Of a stretch of 60,463 bases of DNA, positions 26,276-34,653 are shown piece after piece. Origin of the DNA: a virus. Lineage: Duplodnaviria > Caudoviricetes. Every line of letters begins with the position of its first letter. Positions within the stretch are counted from its first letter, which is position 1. The notes beneath the pieces are model-generated. The model had not been told where the DNA came from. It searched no databases and saw only the letters and a program-made list of their open reading frames with translations. The translations under genes and the position numbers were made by a program. The stretch is taken from positions 1-60,463 of the IMG/VR virus record IMGVR_UViG_3300011335_000321; one strand, 5' to 3'.

Positions 26276-26451
26276 AACGCTACTACATACAAGCAAGCTA
26301 TGTCGTATGGTGTGATGCCATCATCGAAGCTAACAGCGAGGAGGAGGCAAGGGATATAGCGCAAGCTATGGACGGCAGTCACTTCGAACCTAATGGTGGG
26401 GGTGACTGGGGTATTGACTGTGTAACTGAAACAGAATGGACTTATGTATGA
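26272..26451 (+). CDS. Small hypothetical protein (59 aa); not in the ORF track
   Basis: ATGA overlaps at both ends; IEANSEEEARDIA motif. Confidence 0.7.
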   Translation: MKRYYIQASYVVWCDAIIEANSEEEARDIAQAMDGSHFEPNGGGDWGIDCVTETEWTYV

Positions 26452-26816
26452 ACGGACTAGACGCACATTACAACGGGCTGTTGGCTAACTACCAACGAGG
26501 CGTTGACGAGCAAGCATATCAAGAGGAGCAACATGACAAGCTCAAGGACAAGATAGCCATGCTACTTGAGGAGAATCATCCCGCTGAACTGGAGAGGCTA
26601 ACGGGTGAGGACGACACGATCTGCAAGAAGATCGTGCATGAGCTATACATGGAAGGGTTCAACGATCGCAACTGTTGGGAGCCTGAGAGGGTAGGTGACA
26701 TATGGGTCATCTTCGGCAAGACCTTTGCAGGTGAGTGGATCAACGAAGACGGGGACTACATGGCCTTCGACACCAGACGCGAAGCTAACGATTACATCAA
26801 GGAGACATTCAAATGA
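26448..26816 (+). CDS. Hypothetical protein
   Basis: ATGA-coupled on both sides. Confidence 0.75.
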   Translation: MNGLDAHYNGLLANYQRGVDEQAYQEEQHDKLKDKIAMLLEENHPAELERLTGEDDTICKKIVHELYMEGFNDRNCWEPERVGDIWVIFGKTFAGEWINEDGDYMAFDTRREANDYIKETFK

Positions 26817-27004
26817 ACTACATAACGAAAACATTTACAGAGAACACAGGCGGGGGCTGTTGGGTTGACTTCATCATCCTCAAAGACGGACGCTGTATTG
26901 GGGTGAACGATGAGTGCATTGCGCTCTACGATTCGTATGAGCAGTTCTTCGATGGGCCGTTTGAAGATGTGCAGATCATTGACTTATTCAAGGAGAAGGC
27001 ATGA
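26813..27004 (+). CDS. Hypothetical protein
   Basis: SD AAGGAG; ENTGGGCWVD motif. Confidence 0.72.
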   Translation: MNYITKTFTENTGGGCWVDFIILKDGRCIGVNDECIALYDSYEQFFDGPFEDVQIIDLFKEKA

Positions 27005-27093
27005 TGACACGATGGGAGAAATTTGAACGCGTACTACTTTTGTTAGCTGTAATGGTACTTATTGCCGATCTTTTTTATTGGAGACCCTATTGA
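27001..27093 (+). CDS. 30-aa single-pass membrane peptide; not in the ORF track
   Basis: SD TCAAGGAGAAG; MMTRWEKFERVLLLLAVMVLIADLFYWRPY. Confidence 0.6.
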   Translation: MMTRWEKFERVLLLLAVMVLIADLFYWRPY

Positions 27094-27119
27094 CTTCTGT
27101 CCAACCCTAGACAAATAAT
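27090..27119 (+). promoter_or_regulatory. Sigma70-like promoter with a TGTC-N8-GACA box in its spacer
   Basis: TTGACT-18 bp-AATAAT; TGTCCAACCCTAGACA at 27098-27113. Confidence 0.6.
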
Positions 27120-27139
27120 ATCAACTCAAGGAGAAAATA

Positions 27140-27358
27140 ATGAAACATACACCTTACGACACGGGCAAGGTCAAGATTGGCTTGCTCTACACACCCCCTC
27201 CCTCTATACCTACGCCCGAAGAAACTTGGGTGCAAGGCCTGTTGCTTGGCGATAGGCAGGGGATGGATGAGCTTACTCTCACCACAATACAGTCCATCGG
27301 ACTCATTGCTTTCATCGCCATCGTCATGCTACTTACTGGAGGAACCTCAAATGCCTGA
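27140..27358 (+). CDS. Small membrane protein
   Basis: SD TCAAGGAGAA; PYDTGKVKIG motif; C-terminal hydrophobic helix. Confidence 0.72.
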   Translation: MKHTPYDTGKVKIGLLYTPPPSIPTPEETWVQGLLLGDRQGMDELTLTTIQSIGLIAFIAIVMLLTGGTSNA

Positions 27359-27989
27359 CATTCAAACTGCCCTTAAAACTGCACTTAGTACCACTCTGCG
27401 CGAGTGGGATGATGACGGGGAGGATGCCCCTCCTACGCCCTCTGTTCAACCAGTGTCAATCTCTTTTCCCGCAACCTCAAATCAAAAACCAGCCATGCTT
27501 AATCAACACAAAATTACCAACAATGTCTCGCGTGTCACTTTCAACTATGTCAGAGACAACCCCGGCTCTACGCGTCAAGAGATCATCAGAGAGCTTGGGC
27601 ATCAAGGCTTTGGCAAGGGGTCAATCTCGTCTTTGCTAGCACAGATGCGCAGAAGCAAAATGATTCACGACACCAACGGGCTGTGGTACGCAGATGTGAA
27701 AGAGTACGCGCCAATCAAGAACCCCAACTACAAGAGCAAGGCCAAGCCAAAGCCCGAGAAGAAAGCTACGACAGGCCTCGGTGCGCTTTTGAAAGCCAAG
27801 CTGGAGAACACGCCTATGCCTAGCCAAGCCGCGCTCGATGCCGCGGCTAGAGCAATGGAGCCTGCACCACAGCGTAAAGCGTTCGTGACTCTTGTGCGTA
27901 CGAAGACACCGCACGACATTCTCAAAGACATGACTGTGTATCAGGCGCATGAGTTGTATGTTCACTTGAAGCAGATGTTCGGAGGTTAA
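27351..27989 (+). CDS. Putative DNA-binding protein (winged-helix-like)
   Basis: ATG 27351 after GGAGG; FNYVRDNPGSTRQEI...SISSLLAQM. Confidence 0.7.
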   Translation: MPDIQTALKTALSTTLREWDDDGEDAPPTPSVQPVSISFPATSNQKPAMLNQHKITNNVSRVTFNYVRDNPGSTRQEIIRELGHQGFGKGSISSLLAQMRRSKMIHDTNGLWYADVKEYAPIKNPNYKSKAKPKPEKKATTGLGALLKAKLENTPMPSQAALDAAARAMEPAPQRKAFVTLVRTKTPHDILKDMTVYQAHELYVHLKQMFGG

Positions 27990-27990
27990 G

Positions 27991-28206
27991 ATGCAAGATA
28001 AAAATACACCAGCGTTTCCCATGAGCGCCCTCGTATACAACTACGACGATAAAACGCCCGACACAATTGTCAACGAAGGTATGACCCTGCGCGATTACTT
28101 TGCGGCTAAGGCTATGCAAGCGTTGATGCCAACAAATTACATAGATTCCAATGCAAAAGTGGCCTATCAAATGGCGGATGCTATGTTGAAAGCGAGAGAA
28201 GAATAA
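27991..28206 (+). CDS. Conserved small phage protein
   Basis: PAFP...GMTLRDYFAAKAMQA...AY.MADAML.AR motif. Confidence 0.85.
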   Translation: MQDKNTPAFPMSALVYNYDDKTPDTIVNEGMTLRDYFAAKAMQALMPTNYIDSNAKVAYQMADAMLKAREE

Positions 28207-28382
28207 TGGACGATGATGACACACAAGATTATGTCAGCGCCACAGGCGCGGCATTCACTCGAAAATTCCGTCAGATCGTGCGTAACGAAACGCTTGAAGA
28301 AGTGGCGCGTGAGTTTGAGAAAATGCCATTTGGCGACACGAGCGCCAGCTTCGCAATCTATGTAAGGAGTATGAAAGAATGA
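28206..28382 (+). CDS. Small hypothetical protein (58 aa); not in the ORF track
   Basis: TAATG and ATGA coupling; RNETLEEVAREFEKMPFGDT. Confidence 0.68.
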   Translation: MDDDDTQDYVSATGAAFTRKFRQIVRNETLEEVAREFEKMPFGDTSASFAIYVRSMKE

Positions 28383-28579
28383 ATGGGTTTGTTAGACGCC
28401 AGTTATCTATTGGCAGTACACAGCCGATGCATAAGTACAAGGAGTGCGCACAGTGCAATGAATTAAAAGCGCCTGAAGGCGGCATTCAGATGAGCCACAC
28501 CAAGTGGCATTGTGCAACCTGCTGGACTAACCGAGCAACAAGAAGGAACTCACAAAGTGCCAAGACCAAAGCCACTTGA
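28379..28579 (+). CDS. Small zinc-finger protein
   Basis: CAQC...CATC. Confidence 0.7.
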   Translation: MNGFVRRQLSIGSTQPMHKYKECAQCNELKAPEGGIQMSHTKWHCATCWTNRATRRNSQSAKTKAT

Positions 28580-28778
28580 GCCATTAGAGCCAAGGTATAT
28601 GCGAATGTCTGACAGGCATTGGATGATATTCAAACAGCTTGGCGGTTCTGATTGGTTGCGTGGGTTGCTTGACAAGAAAGCGCCCATGCCCAAGAAGTAC
28701 TACGACAACGAAATTGAGCGGATACGCAACCCAGCCGATGCCGCGTTTTTAAACAGAAGGAGAGACGAGAATGACTAA
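28557..28778 (+). CDS. Putative ribbon-helix-helix-like DNA-binding protein
   Basis: GTG after AAGGAA; PRPKP...RMSD..W..F..LGG..WLR. Confidence 0.62.
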   Translation: MPRPKPLEPLEPRYMRMSDRHWMIFKQLGGSDWLRGLLDKKAPMPKKYYDNEIERIRNPADAAFLNRRRDEND

Positions 28779-29076
28779 GCCCCCCATACCGACAAGCGAC
28801 CAGCTTGATCTGTTTCATGAGACCACGCGCAAGCACATACAAGCGCTTGACCACATACAAGCTCTTACAGCCAACGATGTGCAAGTAGCGGGCACTCACT
28901 ACAAGGGTAAAGCCATCCAGCCGTGGGACTACATTGTTGCAAATAACCTTGGCTACCTTGAAGGCAACATAGTAAAGTATGTGTCCCGCTGGAAGGACAA
29001 GGGCGGCCTTGATGACCTGAAGAAGGCGCGGCACTACCTAGACAAACTCATTGAGGTGAACAATGGAAAAGCTTAA
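28771..29076 (+). CDS. DUF3310 (T7 gp1.7-like nucleotide kinase family) protein
   Basis: QV.G.HY....QPWD.I...GN.VKY..R...K....DL.KA.HYL. Confidence 0.85.
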   Translation: MTKPPIPTSDQLDLFHETTRKHIQALDHIQALTANDVQVAGTHYKGKAIQPWDYIVANNLGYLEGNIVKYVSRWKDKGGLDDLKKARHYLDKLIEVNNGKA

Positions 29077-29314
29077 GAAAAAAGACTGGATGACCTTGCG
29101 GCTCCTGTACCTCATACTGGCGTCTGATCCAAGCGCTGTGTTCTTGCCTGATGTGGCAAAAATCATAGATCACTACGGGTACAGGACTGTGCTGCTTGCG
29201 TTCGGCTTGCTCAACAAAGAGCTTGCCAATGACGGCAAAACTTTCGGTAACCCTGAAGTCAACCTGACAAGGTATGTCGAGCCAAATGGAGACCGCCATG
29301 GCTTCGACACCTGA
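29063..29314 (+). CDS. Hypothetical protein
   Basis: SD GAGGTG; overlaps both neighbours. Confidence 0.65.
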   Translation: MEKLKKKDWMTLRLLYLILASDPSAVFLPDVAKIIDHYGYRTVLLAFGLLNKELANDGKTFGNPEVNLTRYVEPNGDRHGFDT

Positions 29315-29603
29315 ATCAAAAGTAAAAGCAAGCGTAAGGAAACTACTTGACACACTCAACATCTATCACTTCATGCCCCCCGCTAATGGTTTTGGCCGAG
29401 CGGGTATACCTGACATCGTTGGCTGCATGGACGGACACTTCATCGCCATCGAGTGCAAGGCCGGCAAGGGCACAACCACCGCTCTTCAAGACAGGGAACT
29501 CAACGCCATCCTCAACCATGGCGGAACCGTGTTCATTGCCCGTGAACACAACCTTGACGACTTGAAGCTGTTACTCACGGAGCTACGCGATGCTAGAAGC
29601 TGA
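29298..29603 (+). CDS. VRR-NUC nuclease (Holliday-junction resolvase-like)
   Basis: PE..VK...G.PD.......F.AIECKA......LQ...L..I...GG. Confidence 0.9.
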   Translation: MASTPESKVKASVRKLLDTLNIYHFMPPANGFGRAGIPDIVGCMDGHFIAIECKAGKGTTTALQDRELNAILNHGGTVFIAREHNLDDLKLLLTELRDARS

Positions 29604-29880
29604 TTTCTCAATGACCGAAGCTGAACTTGAGCGCAGAGTACACGCCATGTCAGACGAAGAGCAAGCCCACTTCAAGCTACTGATCCACAAACTGGTGATG
29701 TGCTACGGAGAAGGCAAGGCACAGGGCGTGGTCATCATTGGCCGCGCTGAAGATCAATTGGCAGGAGTCGTTACCCTAAACTGTAACGAGATGGAGGCGT
29801 CGCAGCTCATGCTGGCGGCAAACGATTTTTTCGGCTTTCTAAACCTGTTAGACGCACCACCAAAAGAAAACTTTAACTGA
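29590..29880 (+). CDS. Hypothetical protein
   Basis: SD GGAG; operon-packed. Confidence 0.72.
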   Translation: MLEADFSMTEAELERRVHAMSDEEQAHFKLLIHKLVMCYGEGKAQGVVIIGRAEDQLAGVVTLNCNEMEASQLMLAANDFFGFLNLLDAPPKENFN

Positions 29881-29890
29881 AGGAGAAGCA

Positions 29891-30121
29891 ATGGCAAAAC
29901 TACCATACACATACACAATCTGCTCCGACCAAGAGGCACCGAAGAATTTCACCGCCAGTTGTAAAGACATGGGTGAGTTGCTACGGCACAGCCCCAACGG
30001 GGATTTAACCATTAACCAAAAGCGCACAGCCGCATGGGACATGTGGTCAGGCAATCACATGGGGCACATTGAGGAAGCGTTGCATGAGATGGCGAAGAAG
30101 GAAAAACCCAATGACAAGTGA
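29891..30121 (+). CDS. Hypothetical protein
   Basis: SD AAGGAGAAG. Confidence 0.72.
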   Translation: MAKLPYTYTICSDQEAPKNFTASCKDMGELLRHSPNGDLTINQKRTAAWDMWSGNHMGHIEEALHEMAKKEKPNDK

Positions 30122-30299
30122 CGAAGTTTATAAACTGATTGAAGCCAACGGACTGACTTTGCACGGCGACATTGAACACTTTGCCGCCCTTGTCGCTTCT
30201 GCCGAGCGTGAGCGTATCCTTAATATGTGCAAAGAAGGGTTGTGGGATGCGGAGGGGATTCGTTACCACTTAGACAACCAAGAAAGGGGACAAGCATGA
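30111..30299 (+). CDS. Hypothetical protein (FAALV...ERE motif)
   Basis: ATG 30111 after AAGGAA. Confidence 0.68.
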   Translation: MTSDEVYKLIEANGLTLHGDIEHFAALVASAERERILNMCKEGLWDAEGIRYHLDNQERGQA

Positions 30300-30715
30300 C
30301 TAAAGACGAAGCATTGAAGCTGGCGCTGGAGGCGTTGGAGGAGGCTTGGTATCACGTTGGCACATTTCAGCCAACCGAGAAAGCAATAGACCTGTATGAC
30401 GAAGCAAGAACCGCCATCAAAGAAGCCTTGGCACAGCCAGAGCAGGATGGGAAGTGCAAATACTGCACAGATGGTTGCCCCGCTTGTGACGCTAGGAAAT
30501 TACCAGAGCGAGAGCGTTTTCTTGTTGCTACTATTGGAAACTGGGGGCGTGTTGAATGGGCTGATGGAGTTTTTCCATCACTCGGAGACAAGATGTATTC
30601 AGCCCCACGCACATGGGTTGGGCTGACGGAAGATGAAGCGTTTGCCTGTCAAGGGCGTGACTACTTTGAAACCTACAAAGCCATTGAAGCCAAACTCAAG
30701 GAGAAGAACACATGA
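30296..30715 (+). CDS. Hypothetical protein ending in the WVGLT...AIEAKLKEKNT module
   Basis: ATGA coupling; C-terminus shared with the 30825 and 31157 genes. Confidence 0.75.
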   Translation: MTKDEALKLALEALEEAWYHVGTFQPTEKAIDLYDEARTAIKEALAQPEQDGKCKYCTDGCPACDARKLPERERFLVATIGNWGRVEWADGVFPSLGDKMYSAPRTWVGLTEDEAFACQGRDYFETYKAIEAKLKEKNT

Positions 30716-30828
30716 ACATTGACCCGTTTTCTTTTTTTGTTGGGGTAGGAATTGCCATTTTTGCAAGACTGTGCATTATGGTGACAGACGCAATTATTGA
30801 AAAAATAAAAGAGGAGAAGAACACATGA
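30712..30828 (+). CDS. 38-aa membrane peptide; not in the ORF track
   Basis: MNIDPFSFFVGVGIAIFARLCIMVTDAIIEKIKEEKNT; SD and ATGA overlaps. Confidence 0.6.
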   Translation: MNIDPFSFFVGVGIAIFARLCIMVTDAIIEKIKEEKNT

Positions 30829-31160
30829 CAGACTGGACACCTGAAGAAGACGAAGCTTTCAACATGGTTGAAAAGAACAGCAACCTTGGCAAGCAGATAC
30901 TGCGTGACATGGGGCAGCCTTATTACTTTGACCCATCCAACGGCACGATAAGCAAGGACAAGAATGATCCGCGGTTCACACCGCTGGGGCAACTGTGGCC
31001 TGTGTCTATCAAGCGTGAGTGGGTTGGGCTGACAGATGAGGAAACAGTTGCAATTGAGTTGGGTTTAAGAATTCCTACTGGTTATCGGGATGCTTACGAC
31101 TTGTCTTTGCAAGATTTTGCCCGAGCCATCGAAGCCAAACTCAAGGAGAAGAACACATGA
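30825..31160 (+). CDS. Hypothetical protein ending in the WVGLT...AIEAKLKEKNT module
   Basis: SD AGGAGAAG; shared C-terminus. Confidence 0.75.
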   Translation: MTDWTPEEDEAFNMVEKNSNLGKQILRDMGQPYYFDPSNGTISKDKNDPRFTPLGQLWPVSIKREWVGLTDEETVAIELGLRIPTGYRDAYDLSLQDFARAIEAKLKEKNT

Positions 31161-31435
31161 CAGCTGCATACTTTGAAGACCCCCCAACAGACCCTGATAA
31201 ATGGGTTTTGCGTAAGCCACGGCTTGACCAAGGGCCAGACTACGAGCGCGGGTTTATTGACGGCATGATGTACCAGACGCAGACCAGCGTGTACAGGGCA
31301 GTCGATGCAATGGCAAAGCGCCCATGGGTCAACCTGACCAGCGAAGAGATCGGTGAAATCTACCGAGTCGGGTGGGCTAACAACATGGAACTGGCCCGAG
31401 CAATAGAAGCAAAACTAAAGGAGAAGAATGAGTAA
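31157..31435 (+). CDS. Hypothetical protein ending in the WVNLT...AIEAKLKEKNE module
   Basis: SD TCAAGGAGAAG; shared C-terminus. Confidence 0.75.
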   Translation: MTAAYFEDPPTDPDKWVLRKPRLDQGPDYERGFIDGMMYQTQTSVYRAVDAMAKRPWVNLTSEEIGEIYRVGWANNMELARAIEAKLKEKNE

Positions 31436-33413
31436 ACCATACGACACGATCTTAACGATCGACTTCGAGACCTATTGGGACACCAAGATAGGTTACACAC
31501 TAACAAAAATGACAACTGAGGAGTACATACGCCATGACTTATTTCACGCGTTTGGATGCTGCGTTCATGAGTTCGGATCTGACAGCCCAACTACGTGGGT
31601 TAGAGGAGATGGACTACGTGAATACTTTTCTGGAATCGACTGGGGACGAACCGCTGTGCTTGCGCACAACGCACAGTTCGATGTATCCATTATGGAGTGG
31701 CGCTACGGCGTATCACCCTGCTTCATCTTCGACACCCTATCAATGGCGCGAGCTCTCAGAGGCGTTGAGGTTGGCAACAGTCTCGCCAAACTTGCAATCG
31801 ATTTTAATCTTCCCGCCAAAGGGACAGCCGTATACAGCACCAATGGTGTGGCCGAGTTGGACGAGGTCATGGAATCTGAACTATCGGACTATTGCAAACA
31901 CGACGTATATCTATGCGAGCGAATCTTTGCACGCTTGGTCAATGGATACCCGTCCAAGGAACTCCGACTGATTGACATGACCCTCAAGATGTACACCCGT
32001 GCATGCCTTGAGCTTGACCCCAACATGCTGACCGATGCCATACTAGATGAAAGAGAAAAACGTGAAGCCCTATTACAAAAGCTCGGCGTGGACGAAACTG
32101 CTCTGGCGTCGAACCCGCAGTTTGCTGCACTCCTTGAGAAACTCAATGTGGTTCCGCCAACCAAGACAAGTAAGACGACTGGGAAAGAGACGCTTGCACT
32201 CGCTAAAAACGATGCCCTATTTCAAGCGTTACTCAACGGTGAACGTGAAGACGTTGCCCTACTTTGTGAAGCGCGTCTTAAGGTTAAATCTACCACTGAG
32301 CGCACCCGTGCGCAGCGCTTCTTGGACATCAGCCAACGTGGCCCGCTTCCAGTTCCGCTATCGTACTATGGTGCACAGACAGGCCGCTGGACAGCGAGCA
32401 AAGGCTCGGCCATCAACATGCAAAACCTCAAGCGAGGCTCGTTCCTTCGTAAAGCGATTATGGCTCCCGAAGGTCACCAACTCGTCGTGGGCGACCTATC
32501 GCAGATTGAACCGCGAGTGCTTGCGTGGCTTTCAGATTACACAGACATGCTTGACATCTTCAGGGCTGGAGGCGACCCTTACGCCGCGTTCGGTTCGCAG
32601 ATGTTCAACATACCCGGACTCACTAAGGAATCTCACCCTGACCTTCGGCAGTCTGCGAAGAGCGCGCTCTTGGGTTGTGGCTACGGACTTGGCTGGGCTG
32701 CATTCGCTTCCCAGTTACTCACAGGGTTCCTCGGGGCGCCTCCACAACGTTACGACTTGGGCTTTGCGAAGAAACTCGGGGTCACACAAGCCGCCGCGCA
32801 AAAGTTCCTCGACTGGGAAGTCAACGCTGAGAAGCTCCAAGGGATACCGCATACCTGTACAACCAAGGAGCTAGTCATTCACTGCTTGGCGGCCAAGGCC
32901 ATCATCGACAAGTACAGGGCTACGGCTACGCCTGTGGTGGACTTCTGGGACTTGAACACCCAGCTTATCGGTGAGTGCCTGTACAAGGGGCGTGAGTACA
33001 AGCACAAGTGCCTGATCTACCGCAAGGGGGAGATTGAACTGCCCTCGGGCATGAAGCTGTTGTATCCAGACCTCAACATCAGGCGCTACAAAGACGAGAA
33101 AACAAATAAAGAACAACTGGAGTGGACATACGGGCCAGATCGTACTAAGATATACGCAGGAAAAATAACCAACAATGTCACGCAGGGCGTAGCGAGATGC
33201 GTGATGACTGATGGGATGGTGCGTACTGCGAAGAGATACTTCGTGGCGGGAACAGTACATGACGAACAGATCGTTGTGGTTCCTGACGCTGAAGTTGCAG
33301 AAGCTAAGACTTGGGTCTTGGCGCAGATGACTATGGAGCCGCCTTACATGCCGGGCATTCCACTAGACGCTGACGGTGGTGCACATCGTCGTTATGGGTT
33401 AGCAAAAAACTAA
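31428..33413 (+). CDS. polA: Family A DNA polymerase with 3'-5' exonuclease
   Basis: ExoI DFET, ExoII HNAQFD, ExoIII YC..D; TGRW; motif A DLSQIE.R, motif B RQSAKSALLGCGYG, motif C VHDE. Confidence 0.95.
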   Translation: MSKPYDTILTIDFETYWDTKIGYTLTKMTTEEYIRHDLFHAFGCCVHEFGSDSPTTWVRGDGLREYFSGIDWGRTAVLAHNAQFDVSIMEWRYGVSPCFIFDTLSMARALRGVEVGNSLAKLAIDFNLPAKGTAVYSTNGVAELDEVMESELSDYCKHDVYLCERIFARLVNGYPSKELRLIDMTLKMYTRACLELDPNMLTDAILDEREKREALLQKLGVDETALASNPQFAALLEKLNVVPPTKTSKTTGKETLALAKNDALFQALLNGEREDVALLCEARLKVKSTTERTRAQRFLDISQRGPLPVPLSYYGAQTGRWTASKGSAINMQNLKRGSFLRKAIMAPEGHQLVVGDLSQIEPRVLAWLSDYTDMLDIFRAGGDPYAAFGSQMFNIPGLTKESHPDLRQSAKSALLGCGYGLGWAAFASQLLTGFLGAPPQRYDLGFAKKLGVTQAAAQKFLDWEVNAEKLQGIPHTCTTKELVIHCLAAKAIIDKYRATATPVVDFWDLNTQLIGECLYKGREYKHKCLIYRKGEIELPSGMKLLYPDLNIRRYKDEKTNKEQLEWTYGPDRTKIYAGKITNNVTQGVARCVMTDGMVRTAKRYFVAGTVHDEQIVVVPDAEVAEAKTWVLAQMTMEPPYMPGIPLDADGGAHRRYGLAKN

Positions 33414-33422
33414 GGAGAAGCA

Positions 33423-33728
33423 ATGAGATTACCAACGCGTATGCGTGTGGGCAAGAGGTGGTACAGCGTGGAGGTGGTGGAAGCCATGCTTCACCGCAGG
33501 GACATGGGGCGTACGTTCTACCCAGAAAACTGTATCCGTCTTGGCAAAGCCAGCAACGTGACAGGCCGCAAGTTCACCAAGAACGAGATGGCCGATACGT
33601 TCTGGCATGAGGTCGTCCACGCCATACTTGAAGACATGGGACAGCATGAGCTTAACAACAACGAGGCGTTCGTCACACAGTTCGCCAACCGATTAACAGT
33701 AGCAATCAAGACTGCGAAGTTCGAATGA
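33423..33728 (+). CDS. Small HExxH metallopeptidase-like protein
   Basis: TFWHEVVHAILE...NEAFV. Confidence 0.72.
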   Translation: MRLPTRMRVGKRWYSVEVVEAMLHRRDMGRTFYPENCIRLGKASNVTGRKFTKNEMADTFWHEVVHAILEDMGQHELNNNEAFVTQFANRLTVAIKTAKFE

Positions 33729-34390
33729 AAAAGCCAGCATGGTCACACAGTAGCCTCAAAGATTTTGAGGGCTGTCAGCGCAGATACCACGAGGTCAAGG
33801 TGTTGAAGAAGTACCCCTTCCAAGAGACCGAAGCCACGCGGTACGGCAACGAGGTGCACGAGGCCATCGAGTTCTACATCAGGGACAAGAAGCCAATACC
33901 ACCTGAGTATGCGCAGTTCAAGCCTGTAGTGGACGCCATGCTGAATAAGCCCGGAAGGGCTTTGGCTGAGTACGAGATGGCGCTGACTGTAGACCTACGC
34001 CCTACCAACTGGAAGGCTCCCGATGTTTGGGTTCGAGGCATTGCCGACATCCTGATCGTTGATGACGAGAACCTTACGGCATGGGTGGGAGACTGGAAGA
34101 CCGGCAACAACAAGTACCCCGACAGGGATCAGCTCGTGCTCATGTCGCTCATGGTCTTCGCCCACTTCCCGCACATCCGCAAAGTTAACTCTGCGTTGCT
34201 GTTCATTGTCAAAGATGATATGGTCAAGATGCAGATGACACGCGACCAAGCCGAAGCTTTTTGGTGGAAGTATCGTGAGCGTACTGCACGTCTTGAGGCA
34301 TGCTTTGAGACAGGCGTATGGAACCCCAATCAAACCCCACTTTGCGGATGGTGTCAGGTCACCGGATGCGAGTTCAACCCTAAACACTAG
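33725..34390 (+). CDS. PD-(D/E)xK exonuclease (Cas4/RecB-like)
   Basis: S.S.L..F..C, G..VH, RG.AD, DWKTG, QL, C..C...C. Confidence 0.9.
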   Translation: MKKPAWSHSSLKDFEGCQRRYHEVKVLKKYPFQETEATRYGNEVHEAIEFYIRDKKPIPPEYAQFKPVVDAMLNKPGRALAEYEMALTVDLRPTNWKAPDVWVRGIADILIVDDENLTAWVGDWKTGNNKYPDRDQLVLMSLMVFAHFPHIRKVNSALLFIVKDDMVKMQMTRDQAEAFWWKYRERTARLEACFETGVWNPNQTPLCGWCQVTGCEFNPKH

Positions 34391-34398
34391 GAGGAAAC

Positions 34399-34638
34399 AT
34401 GACACAGACTAACGGCAAGCGTGACTACAAACACGCATACAAACTTCAGAAGGCAACTGGAGAAACCAAAGATCAGATTGAGCGTCAAAAGGCACGGCGT
34501 ACCTATGACAAGAAAGGTATTGACCGCGCTGGCAAAGACATCGATCACATTAAACCGCTACGGGCAGGGGGCAAGTCAACAGCAGGCAACACCCGTCTGC
34601 GTAACAAGAGCGCCAACCAGAGCGACAACGGAAAATAA
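34399..34638 (+). CDS. Small HNH-motif protein
   Basis: DIDHIKPL..GG....N.R......N. Confidence 0.75.
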   Translation: MTQTNGKRDYKHAYKLQKATGETKDQIERQKARRTYDKKGIDRAGKDIDHIKPLRAGGKSTAGNTRLRNKSANQSDNGK

Positions 34639-34653
34639 TAGCTTGGAGAAGCA

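Noticed and set aside
33725-34390. Cas4-like gene as part of a CRISPR-Cas system
   Set aside because: Stand-alone PD-(D/E)xK nuclease in the polA-helicase module, as is common in phages
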